This document shows positions 9,465 through 18,950 of a stretch of DNA of 64,000 bases, piece after piece. The position numbers and the translations under genes are program-made. The notes beneath the pieces were generated by a model. The model made no database searches. It was not told where the DNA came from and saw nothing but the letters and a program-made list of their open reading frames with translations. This DNA is from a virus: the IMG/VR virus record IMGVR_UViG_3300012971_000018, positions 47,907 through 111,906 of that record. One strand, written 5' to 3'. Each line of letters opens with the position of its first letter. The first letter of the stretch is position 1.

Positions 9465-12400
9465 ATGGGGTTGTTGTATGCGGCCCAGGCTACAGTCGAT
9501 GTTAGGGCGCGCCAGGAAGCCGTGCTCTACCAACGGATGGGCTGCAATATGTGCCCGCTTAACGATGTGCAGCCGGGGCGCGCCAATGCGACGGGTTCGG
9601 AGCATCCGCTAATATTATTCATAGGCGAAGCCCCCGGCAAGGAGGAGCAACGGACCGGCGAGCAGTTCGTCGGCGAGTCCGGGCAACTTCTGCGCCCGCG
9701 CATCCCGGAGGAATGGCTGCCGGATATTCGATGGACCAATACTGTTCATTGTCGTCCCTCGTATGGCAACGGCCACAATCGGACCCCCGAGCACGACGAG
9801 ATCGAGTGCTGCCGGCCGCGGTGGGTTGCCGACATCGAACGGACCAAGCCGAAGGCGATCTTTGCTTTCGGTAACGTCCCACTCCTGGCGATTACCAACT
9901 TTACCGGCATAACGCTGTGGCGCGGGAGGCGGCTGCCGGTAAGGATCGGGTCGCACGTCTGCTGGCTCTATCCCATGCTCCATCCGGCCCACATCCTGCG
10001 CCAGCGGCGGGACGAGGATCGTGGCAAGGATGCCAGGTTTGTTGGCTCCGAAGAGGAGCGGATGTTCGAGTTCGATCTCTACAAGGCATTGGACGAGGTC
10101 GACGCCGGACTGCCACGGCCGATCGTCCACGACGAGAAGGAAGCCCGCCGCGGCGTCGAGATTGTAACCGAGGGCGGGCGGGAAGGGCTGCACCGGATCG
10201 AGGCCGCGCTTAGGTGGGCGTCCGCGCAGGACGATATCGGGTTCGACTACGAGACGCTGGGGCTACGGCCGTATGGTGCCAATGCCAAGATACTTACGGT
10301 CGCGGTCGCGACTGCGGACCGTGCGATTGCGTTTCCGATCCACCATCGCGAAGCCCGGTTCTCCGACAAGGAGCGCAAGACAATCGAGGATTTGGTCTGC
10401 AATTTCCTGTGCCAGTCCGGGCGTGTGTGGGTGCATAATCTGTCCTTCGAGATGGAATGGACGGCGGTTAAGTTCGGCCGCGACCTGCTGTACGCTACGC
10501 AGTGGCAGGACACGGCGACGCAGGCTTCCATTATTGACGAGCGGAAAGGCAATACCAAGCCGGGATGCTTTTCCCTCGAATGGCTCGTAATGCAGTACTT
10601 CGGCTTTAACCTTAAGAAGCTGTCCCCGCTAAACAAAGCTAATCTCGACCGCGAGCCGCTGCCAAAGGTGCTCGCCTATAATGCGATGGACGCCAAGTAC
10701 CATCTGCGGCTTGGGCTGGAGCAGCAGGTAGTCATAAAGCAGCAGGGTCTGCAATCGGTCTACGAGCTGTCGTTGCGGCGGGTGCCGGCGGTCGTTACGT
10801 CGCAGGTCCTGGGCGTGCCGGTCGACCAGGACGAGAACGAGCGTCTGCACGCCAAGTACGCCAAGCGGGTCGCCAGCCTGGAGGCCGAAATCCAGCAGGT
10901 GCCGTTAATCCAGGGGTACAACAGCGACAACGCCGAGCCGTTTAACCCCGGCTCGAACCCGCAGTGCGTCGACGTTTTCTATCGGCGGCTAAAGCGCAAG
11001 GAGTGTCTGGTCGTCGACAAGTTCTCCAAGCGGGAGCGGCTGTCCTGCAATGAAGACGTACTAACCAAGATCGAGCACCCGCTGTCGAAGCTAATCGTCC
11101 GCTGGCGCAAGGCGAAGCGGCAGGACTCGACCTACATCCAAGCATTGGCCCCGGGGACCGAGAATTCGGCGCTGTGGCCCGACGGTCTTCTGCATAGTAC
11201 GTTCAACACTTACTGGGTCGAGACCGGCCGGCTAAGCTGCTCGGCCCCTTGGACCGAGGTTAAGACCAGTCGTGGTGTGGTCCAGATCAAGGACGTTATT
11301 GCAGGCGATTTGGTGTGGACCCACAGACAACGCTGGCGTTTAGTTACGCGGGCTTGGAGCAAAGGCTTCGAACAGATGTTCGACGTTGTATTGTCTAATG
11401 GGAAAGTTTTGACTTGCACCAAAAACCACCGTCTGCTATCCAAGGCCAGTGGCTGGATAACGGTTGGAGAGTTGTATGACGTATTCCAAGAGATGGGTCG
11501 AGACGCCGGGGAATATAAAGCGCGTACTGGCGCTTTATCGCAGCAAGGAGTTGGTTCCAACAGAGCAGATAGCCAAGACGTTGGGCACATCGGTACCAAA
11601 CGTCTACGAGGCTATCAAACGGAACATGCCATTGGTCGAGAAGCAGGCTCTATCATCTGTTCGCTATTCGGCATCGAAGCTGGGCACAAAAAATCCGATG
11701 CTGGGGCGAACTGGAGATCGGCATCCGAATTGGAAGGGGGAATGTTTGGATGGTCATGGTGGTTATTTGACCATAAAGGTTGGAAAGCGTCGTATTTTTC
11801 TCCACCACCACTTGCTTATGCAGGCATTGGGTCTACCAGAAGTCCCACGCGGTTGGATGGTACACCATATCGATGGCGACCCGTTGAACAACGACGTGGA
11901 CAATTTGGCTTTGGTGACGGCTCGCGGACACAAAGCTATCCACTACAGACAGTTGGAGACCAAGACGTTGCGATTAAAGAAATCAAAGCTGGCGGAAGCT
12001 TTGAAGTATTTGATCTAACAGTAGAGGAGGACGCCAGCTATGAGACCTGTGGAGTATTTTCGCACAATAGCGAATTTCCAAACCTTCAGAATTTCCCGAA
12101 GCGCGACGGCGAGGCCGTCGAGGTCCGCCGGCAGGTCCAGGCCGCCCCTGGATATAGTATCATATCTCTGGACCTGGGCCAGATCGAAGCCCGTGTCGTC
12201 GCGATGTTTACCAAGGACCCGGTCTATGTAAAGCAATTGTGGGACAAGTTCGACATCCACAAGGATTGGGCCGAGCGGATCGCTTTCGCCTATCCGGATC
12301 GGATCGGCGGGTCGAAGAACCTAAAAGACCCGAAGGTAATGAAGACCTTTCGCAGTGACATAAAGAACCAGTGGACCTTCCCTCTGCTCTACGGTGCATC

Positions 12401-12932
12401 GTGCAAGTCGGTGGCTGGTTCTCTAAGCATTCCCGAGGACAAGCTAACGCCGCTGTACGACCAGTTCTGGAGCGAGTTCTCGACGGTAAAGAAATGGCAG
12501 GAGGACCAGCTAAGGTTCTACCGTCGGCACGGCTATGTGGAATGCCTAACCGGCCGTCGGCGCCACGGTCCGCTGTCCCTTAACAAGGTCTACAACACCC
12601 CGGTCCAGGGCACCGCAGCCGAGATAATCATGGACCGTATGTGTTACATGGTCGAGAGCGGCGATCCCGAGCTGCTGCCCGAGCTGCAAATCCACGACGA
12701 TCTAACCTTCCTGCGGGTGCGGGAGGAACGGGCCGAGGAAGTCGCGGGGAAGATATTGGACATTATGCTGGACCTGCGGCACTTCCCATGGGTGAACGTG
12801 CCGATATCCGTCGAGGTGGCAACCGGCTTTAACTGGATGCCTTGGGACAAGGACAACAACCCGGAAGGGCTAAGGGCGATGCCGGAAAGCTATTTCTCGA
12901 ACGAGTGGCTAAAGGCGAGAGGAATAACATGA
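9465..12932 (+). CDS. Family A DNA polymerase with N-terminal UDG-like domain and 3'-5' exonuclease, intein-containing
   Basis: CNMC..GEAPG..HPAH (UDG family 4-like); FDYET, HNLSFE, YNAMD (exonuclease); TGRLS/SEFPNLQN, DLGQIEAR, K...FPLLYG, NTPVQG, QIHDDL. Confidence 0.95.
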   Translation: MGLLYAAQATVDVRARQEAVLYQRMGCNMCPLNDVQPGRANATGSEHPLILFIGEAPGKEEQRTGEQFVGESGQLLRPRIPEEWLPDIRWTNTVHCRPSYGNGHNRTPEHDEIECCRPRWVADIERTKPKAIFAFGNVPLLAITNFTGITLWRGRRLPVRIGSHVCWLYPMLHPAHILRQRRDEDRGKDARFVGSEEERMFEFDLYKALDEVDAGLPRPIVHDEKEARRGVEIVTEGGREGLHRIEAALRWASAQDDIGFDYETLGLRPYGANAKILTVAVATADRAIAFPIHHREARFSDKERKTIEDLVCNFLCQSGRVWVHNLSFEMEWTAVKFGRDLLYATQWQDTATQASIIDERKGNTKPGCFSLEWLVMQYFGFNLKKLSPLNKANLDREPLPKVLAYNAMDAKYHLRLGLEQQVVIKQQGLQSVYELSLRRVPAVVTSQVLGVPVDQDENERLHAKYAKRVASLEAEIQQVPLIQGYNSDNAEPFNPGSNPQCVDVFYRRLKRKECLVVDKFSKRERLSCNEDVLTKIEHPLSKLIVRWRKAKRQDSTYIQALAPGTENSALWPDGLLHSTFNTYWVETGRLSCSAPWTEVKTSRGVVQIKDVIAGDLVWTHRQRWRLVTRAWSKGFEQMFDVVLSNGKVLTCTKNHRLLSKASGWITVGELYDVFQEMGRDAGEYKARTGALSQQGVGSNRADSQDVGHIGTKRLRGYQTEHAIGREAGSIICSLFGIEAGHKKSDAGANWRSASELEGGMFGWSWWLFDHKGWKASYFSPPPLAYAGIGSTRSPTRLDGTPYRWRPVEQRRGQFGFGDGSRTQSYPLQTVGDQDVAIKEIKAGGSFEVFDLTVEEDASYETCGVFSHNSEFPNLQNFPKRDGEAVEVRRQVQAAPGYSIISLDLGQIEARVVAMFTKDPVYVKQLWDKFDIHKDWAERIAFAYPDRIGGSKNLKDPKVMKTFRSDIKNQWTFPLLYGASCKSVAGSLSIPEDKLTPLYDQFWSEFSTVKKWQEDQLRFYRRHGYVECLTGRRRHGPLSLNKVYNTPVQGTAAEIIMDRMCYMVESGDPELLPELQIHDDLTFLRVREERAEEVAGKILDIMLDLRHFPWVNVPISVEVATGFNWMPWDKDNNPEGLRAMPESYFSNEWLKARGIT
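11238..12068 (+). mobile_element. Intein in DNA polymerase (TGRLS|S site)
   Basis: Begins CSAPWT, block B CTKNH, ends VFDLTVEEDASY...SHN followed by Ser; removal restores TGRLSSEFPNLQN. Confidence 0.93.
11476..12018 (+). CDS. HNH endonuclease nested out of frame inside the polymerase intein
   Basis: KNPMLG..G..HPNWKG, GYL, HHLLM, VHHIDGDPLNNDVDNL..H...H; ATG 11476 preceded by GGAG. Confidence 0.88.
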   Translation: MTYSKRWVETPGNIKRVLALYRSKELVPTEQIAKTLGTSVPNVYEAIKRNMPLVEKQALSSVRYSASKLGTKNPMLGRTGDRHPNWKGECLDGHGGYLTIKVGKRRIFLHHHLLMQALGLPEVPRGWMVHHIDGDPLNNDVDNLALVTARGHKAIHYRQLETKTLRLKKSKLAEALKYLI

Positions 12933-13273
12933 AAGCGAAAAAGAAACTTGTGCATCTCCTTATAACTGTCGATCTAACACCAGAGGTGCGGATGCATTCC
13001 TATGTCATCTGCCCCAAAGAACGCGAGCGGGCAGTAATGGAGGGAGTTATAGACACGATGTTTAAGAAGGCCGAAAAAATGGGTGTTACACCTTGGCCAG
13101 CAATTGTTCTGTGTACCAAGCTAGGTACTGGTGTTGCCATCGTTCGTGGAGTTTTGTCCGAGAAATATCCAGAATCAATTCCGAAATACGACGAGGTAAA
13201 AGACTTTCATTGCACGGTATGGGCCATGGCAGCAAGCCATCCGGCCGACAAAAAACTTATGGAGCTGCACTAG
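12929..13273 (+). CDS. Hypothetical protein
   Basis: ATGA-coupled to the polymerase stop; AT-richer than neighbours. Confidence 0.6.
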   Translation: MKAKKKLVHLLITVDLTPEVRMHSYVICPKERERAVMEGVIDTMFKKAEKMGVTPWPAIVLCTKLGTGVAIVRGVLSEKYPESIPKYDEVKDFHCTVWAMAASHPADKKLMELH

Positions 13274-13275
13274 GT

Positions 13276-13466
13276 ATGGAGCGCTATCGAGACGAGGGAG
13301 ACAGATGCGCCGTATGCAAGTTCTTTGCCTCTACCGGCGGTGCCATGGGCGAGTGCCACAGGCGCTCGCCACGGAGCACGGCAAGTCGCCTGCGGCGGTA
13401 TGGCCTAATGTGTCGGGGGACCATTGGTGCGGAGAGTTCGAGAAGGGGAGCGAGGAGGAGGAATGA
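13276..13466 (+). pseudogene. Frameshifted small Cys-rich protein
   Basis: CAVCKFF...GECHRRSP in one frame continues as WPNVSGDHWCGEF in another; the second frame stops in ATGA overlap with the clamp loader. Confidence 0.55.
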
Positions 13467-14398
13467 GCCTGCTTATAAAGTATCGCCCTAGCTCCTGGGA
13501 CGAAGTTCTCGGCCAGGACCGTGTGCTCGACTCGCTGGAGACGGTCGTTAGCAAGCGGCAGACCCATTCTTTCCTGCTGGTCGGTCCGTCGGGCTGTGGG
13601 AAGACGACGCTGGCCCGGCTTATCGCCAAGAACCTGGGATGTAGTGAGCTAAACCTTATCGAGACCGATCCGGCGACCCACCCGGGGGTCGAGGATATCC
13701 GCGAGGTTATCTCGACGCTTAATACCCGGCCGCCCGGCGGCGGGACGCGGGTCGTTATCGTCGACGAGTGCCAGTTGTATTCGAAGAACGTCTGGACGGC
13801 GTTGCTAAAGATATCCGAGGACCCGCCGTCCTGGGTCTACTGGGTGTTCTGCACGACCGATGCGGGTAAGGTTCCGAGCGCAATGAAGACCCGGGCGGCG
13901 AGCTACGAGCTTCGCCCGGTAGCGCGCGCGGACCTCGAAGACATCGTTGTGTTTATCGCCCGATCCGAGAAGATGGACGTTCGCGCCGACGTTATGGCGC
14001 TGTGCGCAGACGAAGCCGGCGGTTCGCCGCGACAGGCGATCTCCAATCTTGTGGTGTGCGCCGGTGCGAAATCGAGGGCGGAAGCGATCGAGTTGCTAAA
14101 GAACGGTTACGCGGAGGACGAGGCCGGCGCATTCGAGCTGGCGCAGGTGCTCTACAAGACCGGCGGAGCATCGTGGGAGGAGATGCGAAGCGTGCTGGCG
14201 AAGTTGCACGAGGCCGGCGCCAATCCCGAGGGCGTGCGGCAAGTCGTCCGGGCCTACGGCACCAAGATGCTGCTGGGCAATCCCAAAAGTCCGCAGTCGG
14301 TGTGTGCAGTCCTAAATGCCTTTTCTACTCCGTTCAATTCTGCCGACAAGGTAACGCCGGTCTTGCTGGCGTGTGCCAATTTGTGCTTTGGAGATTAG
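13463..14398 (+). CDS. Clamp loader AAA+ (DnaX gamma/tau-like)
   Basis: KYRPSSWDEVLGQD, GPSGCGKTT, IVDEC, ALLKISEDPP, GGSPRQA. Confidence 0.92.
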   Translation: MSLLIKYRPSSWDEVLGQDRVLDSLETVVSKRQTHSFLLVGPSGCGKTTLARLIAKNLGCSELNLIETDPATHPGVEDIREVISTLNTRPPGGGTRVVIVDECQLYSKNVWTALLKISEDPPSWVYWVFCTTDAGKVPSAMKTRAASYELRPVARADLEDIVVFIARSEKMDVRADVMALCADEAGGSPRQAISNLVVCAGAKSRAEAIELLKNGYAEDEAGAFELAQVLYKTGGASWEEMRSVLAKLHEAGANPEGVRQVVRAYGTKMLLGNPKSPQSVCAVLNAFSTPFNSADKVTPVLLACANLCFGD

Positions 14399-14402
14399 GG
14401 TA

Positions 14403-14602
14403 GGTTAGGTGGTGTAGGGCAAGGTGAGGTAGGGTTTGGTTCGGTAGGATGCGGTCTGGTACGGTTAGGTCGGGTCCGGTGCGGTCAGGTAAGGTAAGGC
14501 GCGGTGGGGTTAGGTCCGGTGGGGTAGGGTCGTGTCGGGTTGGGTTCGGTGAGGTCTGGCGAGGTCAGGTTGGGTTGGTTGGGGTATGGTTTGGTAAGGT
14601 AA
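14403..14602 (+). repeat. GGY-NN pentamer tract, 40 units (putative guide ncRNA)
   Basis: ggtta ggtgg tgtag ggcaa ggtga ... ggtaa ggtaa in unbroken 5-nt phase, filling the intergenic gap. Confidence 0.95.
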
Positions 14603-14612
14603 GGGTAATAGC

Positions 14613-15149
14613 ATGGTCGAGCGCAGACGATCCCAACCGGCGGAAACGCCAATCGATCCCCAGCCGCGGATGTCGATCGAGCAGCTACGCGAGAGCATGG
14701 AAATCCGCCAGGAGGGCCAGGCGCTCGACGCCTGCCTGGGCGAGCAGCCCGATCTGTTCTTCCATGCCGCGGACGGTTACCGGCTGGCGGTCGCGGCCCG
14801 CGATGCGCTCGATCTCGATCTCGATTTTCTAAAGGCCGATCTGGCCGAAAGCTTCCGCGACGAAGCCTTGCAGAACGAAGAGAAGATTACCGAGGCGGCG
14901 ATAACCCGCAAGCTGGCGCTTAACGATGTGGTGCAGGACATGGAGCGCGACCTGCTCCGCCTGCGTGGCGAGGTCGACCACTGGGCGGCGATTAAGGACG
15001 GCTATACCCAGCGATCGTTCATGTTGCGCGAGCTGGTTCGGCTAATCACTGCCCGTATGGCTAACCTGCATCTGGAGCGTTCCGTCGCCGGCTCGCAGGA
15101 GGACCTCGTGGAGGCGCGACGGCGGGCGGCGAGAGCGGCAGGCCAATAA
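14613..15149 (+). CDS. UvsY-like recombination mediator (helical)
   Basis: KITEAAI...coiled coil...QRSFMLRELV; located beside SSB and RecA. Confidence 0.55.
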   Translation: MVERRRSQPAETPIDPQPRMSIEQLRESMEIRQEGQALDACLGEQPDLFFHAADGYRLAVAARDALDLDLDFLKADLAESFRDEALQNEEKITEAAITRKLALNDVVQDMERDLLRLRGEVDHWAAIKDGYTQRSFMLRELVRLITARMANLHLERSVAGSQEDLVEARRRAARAAGQ

Positions 15150-15287
15150 TGGAGCTGGTCCTCTACGGCGTTGCCCTGCTGCTGTTTATCGCCGTCGCCT
15201 GCTACGTGGGCGCCCGGGCGATCGGTATAGCTTGGTATCGCACCAAGCTGGAGTACATGCGATCTGTGTTCCGAGAAGGAGACCAAA

Positions 15288-16406
15288 ATGGCAAATAAGC
15301 CGAAGCTAAGATACTATGGTGCCAACCGTACGGTCGAGGACGTAATGCGGACGCAATACGTCCCGTCCGGGAATTACGACGCCATTATCCAGGAGGGCTT
15401 CCCGGTATTCAAGCCGAAGGACGGCGAGAACGTTATCCGGCTTATGCAGGCGAGCTGGCCGGAGGAGGAAATTCCGAAATGGGGCACGGACTGGGCGATC
15501 CTCATTTCGGTCCACAACAATGTCGGCGACCGCGGCACCTTCCTGTGTCTCGATGCCATGTATGGCGAGCCTTGCCCGGTCTGCGAGGCGGCCATGGAGG
15601 AGCCCGACAAGGACATTCGCTTCGAGCTGGAGGCCAACAAGCGCGCGCTGGCGTGGCTTATTAACCGGAAAGACCCGAGCGTCGGACCGCAGGCATGGTC
15701 GATGCCGTTAAAGAAAGTCTGGAAGGTTATTAATGCCCGCTCGCGCGACCGCAAGACCGGTGCGTTGCTGCACATTGACGATCCGGAGGCAGGGTACGAC
15801 GTGGTCTTTACCGGCGAGAATACCGGCAAGAAGACCGCCGACTACCAGGGGATCGAGATCGAGCGCGAGGCCACCATGCTAGGCCCCGACGACGCGACGC
15901 AGCAGAAGTGGATCGACTACATTGTGGAGAACCCGCTGCCGTCGATCCTAAACATCCCGGACCCCGAGTACATTCGTAAGCGCCTGTTCGGGAGGGTAAG
16001 CCGCGCCCGCCCGGCCGACGCTGTGGAGGAGGCGACCGGTGCGATGCCCGCGCGGCGGCGACCGGTAGCCCGGTCCGACGACGGTGTGCCGACCGAGCGG
16101 GACCCTACAGAGCCCGCCGACGCCGCGGCCGATACCCCGGCCACGGATGGCCGCGTACCGCGTCGTACGGCCCGCGCTGTGGCACCGGAGGAGCCTCCAT
16201 TCGAACCCGACCCCTCCGCTGCTGCCGATCCGGGCGAGAGCGACCACGACCCCGAGACCGGAGAGGTAATGGACGGCACCGCGCCGCCGGTCCGTCCGGG
16301 GCGCCGTCCACCCCGGGACCCCGCGCCCGCGCCCGCGGAGACGCCGGCCCCGTCCCGCGCCACGCGGCAAGCCCTCGATCGCGTGCGGCCAAGTGCCCGC
16401 AGGTAG
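15288..16406 (+). CDS. Single-stranded DNA-binding protein (gp32-like) with long acidic/Pro-rich tail
   Basis: FKPKDGENVIR, H...FLCL...GEPCPVCE Zn motif, DDPEAGYD. Confidence 0.7.
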   Translation: MANKPKLRYYGANRTVEDVMRTQYVPSGNYDAIIQEGFPVFKPKDGENVIRLMQASWPEEEIPKWGTDWAILISVHNNVGDRGTFLCLDAMYGEPCPVCEAAMEEPDKDIRFELEANKRALAWLINRKDPSVGPQAWSMPLKKVWKVINARSRDRKTGALLHIDDPEAGYDVVFTGENTGKKTADYQGIEIEREATMLGPDDATQQKWIDYIVENPLPSILNIPDPEYIRKRLFGRVSRARPADAVEEATGAMPARRRPVARSDDGVPTERDPTEPADAAADTPATDGRVPRRTARAVAPEEPPFEPDPSAAADPGESDHDPETGEVMDGTAPPVRPGRRPPRDPAPAPAETPAPSRATRQALDRVRPSARR

Positions 16407-17502
16407 GCGAGTGTTGGTAAGGCGGGTGCTGCCATCGCAGGTTGGAGCCCGCGCGGTAACCCCCGCGCGGGTAGCAACCGACTACTTCCCGGACGAGGAA
16501 CTGGCGCTCGTACCGTCGGGCTGCACGGTGCTCGACTGCGGGGCGACCGGAGGCGGCCAGCGTTCGCTCGAAGGGGCTTGGCCGCTGGGCAGGATAGTCA
16601 ATATTGTCGGCGACAAGAGCGTCGGCAAGACCTTAATTGCGATCGAGGCGTGTGCGAATTTCGCCAGGAAGTACCCGCGCGGCCGTATCCGCTATCGCGA
16701 GGCCGAGGCGGCCTTTGACGTTAACTATGCGGCATCCCTGGGACTGCCGGTAGACCGGGTTAACTTCGGTCCCAAGGGCATTAAGACCTACTGGAGCACG
16801 GTCGAGGACATCTTCGAGGACCTGCGCGCGGCGGTCATTGCGGACCAGAGGAGCAAGGTCCCATCGCTCTATATCGTTGACTCGCTCGACGCGCTGGGCT
16901 CGCGCGACCTTATCGGCCGCGACCTCGACAAAGGCACGTATTTTACCGCCAAAGCCAAGCTTATGTCCGAGATGCTGCAAGAGCTGGCGAGCGAGTTTAA
17001 CGCCGCCAACATGCTGCTTATATTCATATCCCAGATACGCGACAAGATCGGCGTAACGTTCGGTTCGAAGGTGGCCCGCGCGGGCGGCCACGCGCTCGAC
17101 TTCTATGCCTCCCACATCGTGTTCCTGCGGCATGTCGCGTGGCTGGTCGAGACCGTAAAGGGGGTCGAGCGCACGACCGGCGTGCGCATCGGGTTTAATT
17201 TCCAGAAGAACAAGATCGCAGTGCCGGCGCGCAAGGGCGAATTCGTGCTCCGGTTCGGCTACGGGATCGACGATCTGGCGGCGTGCGTTAACTGGATGCA
17301 GTCCGAGGCCAAGGACTGGCTGCCCGAGATCGGCCTAAAGGCGACAGCGACCATGGCCGAAGTGGCTAAGTTCCTTGTTCGACAGGAGATGCTGGAAGAT
17401 GCCGCGTACAAGACGCTTGCCAAGGACGTCCGCAGGATTACCACGGAGGCGTGGGTCGACGTCGAGAACGGCTTTAGGCCGAAGCGGCAGAAGTACGGCT
17501 AG
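16393..17502 (+). CDS. recA: RecA/UvsX-like recombinase
   Basis: GRIVNIVGDKSVGKT, EAEAAFD, IVDSLDAL, FISQIRDKIGVTFG, GGHALDFYAS, KNK; start uncertain. Confidence 0.92.
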   Translation: MPAGRRVLVRRVLPSQVGARAVTPARVATDYFPDEELALVPSGCTVLDCGATGGGQRSLEGAWPLGRIVNIVGDKSVGKTLIAIEACANFARKYPRGRIRYREAEAAFDVNYAASLGLPVDRVNFGPKGIKTYWSTVEDIFEDLRAAVIADQRSKVPSLYIVDSLDALGSRDLIGRDLDKGTYFTAKAKLMSEMLQELASEFNAANMLLIFISQIRDKIGVTFGSKVARAGGHALDFYASHIVFLRHVAWLVETVKGVERTTGVRIGFNFQKNKIAVPARKGEFVLRFGYGIDDLAACVNWMQSEAKDWLPEIGLKATATMAEVAKFLVRQEMLEDAAYKTLAKDVRRITTEAWVDVENGFRPKRQKYG

Positions 17503-17620
17503 CTAGGTCTGGTGTCGCCTTTCCGACCTACCCCCTTGCCTTTGGGGCCAAAATCGCAGTAAGGTCGCCCAAATCGGTCCATGCGAGGCAAAATAGGACC
17601 ATTTTCCGGGACATGCAGCC

Positions 17621-18130
17621 GTGGCATCGGGTTGGGTCGTAGCACGCGCGAAGACGAACCAGGAGCAGAAAGCGGCCGAGCACGTCACAAACCAACTTCC
17701 CCTCTACGGCGGTGGCGAGTTCTACTACCCGAAGGTGCTGGTTAAGGTCCGCCACATGTTCTGCACCAAGCCGCTGTTCGGCGGCTATTTCTTTGTCCGC
17801 ACGGTTTCGGGAGCGTGGCACTTCCTTGGCAATACCTTTGGCGTCCAGGGCGTCGTCCGGTTCGGCGAGAACGTCGCGACGATAGCCGACGAGCAGATAC
17901 GGAATATCCGCGCCCGCGAGGTCGACAGCATTGTCGTCCTGCCACCCCCGCCGGTCCCCGAGCTGCGCTGGAAGCGGGGCACCATGCTGCGGGTAAAGGG
18001 CGGCGTGTTTTCTGGGAATACCGGTATCTACCAGGGCATGGGCACGCGGCAACGCGAACAGTTGCTCATGGACTTTCTAGGTCGCAAGACCGTCATTTTG
18101 CTACAATCGGAGCTGCTGGAAGCTGCGTAG
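17621..18130 (+). CDS. NusG/RfaH-family antitermination factor
   Basis: W.V...K.NQE, PLFGGYFFV, TFGVQGVVRFG (NGN domain); KOW LRVKGGVFSGNTG..LMDFLGR. Confidence 0.88.
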   Translation: MASGWVVARAKTNQEQKAAEHVTNQLPLYGGGEFYYPKVLVKVRHMFCTKPLFGGYFFVRTVSGAWHFLGNTFGVQGVVRFGENVATIADEQIRNIRAREVDSIVVLPPPPVPELRWKRGTMLRVKGGVFSGNTGIYQGMGTRQREQLLMDFLGRKTVILLQSELLEAA

Positions 18131-18280
18131 AACGTGTCGTTGGTGTGCCACGTTGGAGGTCGTATCGTGCAACCCAGAAGAGCCGTACATCGGTCGACAC
18201 AAACGGGGCTCGCCACGAGCGACCGTAACGGCGGTAGCGTATCTGTGGTCGATATTATTCCCTGGTAGGAGGCCACGAAA

Positions 18281-18703
18281 ATGCCCAGACCGCCGCACCC
18301 GCCGCGCCCGCCCCGCAGAGCACCCCCACACCCGGCCTGGATTAGGCGGGTCGATCTGCACACCCTGCTGCAATGGAGCTACAACATGAGCACCGCAACG
18401 CTTACCTGGACCCTGCCCACGACCCGCGTCGACAACACCCCGCTCGCCCCTGGCGACATCGCCCAGGTCGATATCTACGACACCTCGTCGCCTACCCCCG
18501 ATGTCCCGATCTTTTCCTTGGCTGGAGGTGGCACATCGTACACCACGGATGTCCTGGCTGTCGGCGTGCATAATTTCTGGGTCGCCGTCCAGGACACGAC
18601 CGGCCATCGCTCTGCGCCATCCAACATGGCGACCGTTACCGTCCCGGCTGTCCTTGCCAATCCGTCTGCCGTAACCGATCTCGCCGCTACGCTAAACTCG
18701 TAG
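18281..18703 (+). CDS. Fibronectin type III-like small protein
   Basis: ATLTWTLPTTRVDNTPL...F.VAVQDTTG..SAPSN; the true start may be the internal MSTATL. Confidence 0.6.
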   Translation: MPRPPHPPRPPRRAPPHPAWIRRVDLHTLLQWSYNMSTATLTWTLPTTRVDNTPLAPGDIAQVDIYDTSSPTPDVPIFSLAGGGTSYTTDVLAVGVHNFWVAVQDTTGHRSAPSNMATVTVPAVLANPSAVTDLAATLNS

Positions 18704-18950
18704 GTTTTACCGTAGCCATGCTTCGGTAGTCCAACAGACGTGGGTCTGTTGGCTCACAAACGGAGTCGAGAAGCCAACCGGTGTCGGGACCCGTTCCGTT
18801 ACCCGAGCACGAAAAACGACGATCCTGGAAGCCAACTCTGGGCGTGGCGTCGAAAGGGTCTTCGGGGGCTGGCCTCGCCTGGACGTACAGGCTTTGCCCT
18901 ACCATTATAGTCAATTCAAGTGAAGGTCTAAGTAGCGTTTGGGAAATGCG

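Noticed and set aside
14449-14832. ORFs overlapping the pentamer tracts (e.g. MRSGTVRSG..., 52203-52385, 56810-57226 and the minus-strand PYRT/PHLT-rich ORFs)
   Set aside because: Their low-complexity G/V/R/S/W or P/T/H/Y composition is a by-product of translating a 5-nt repeat
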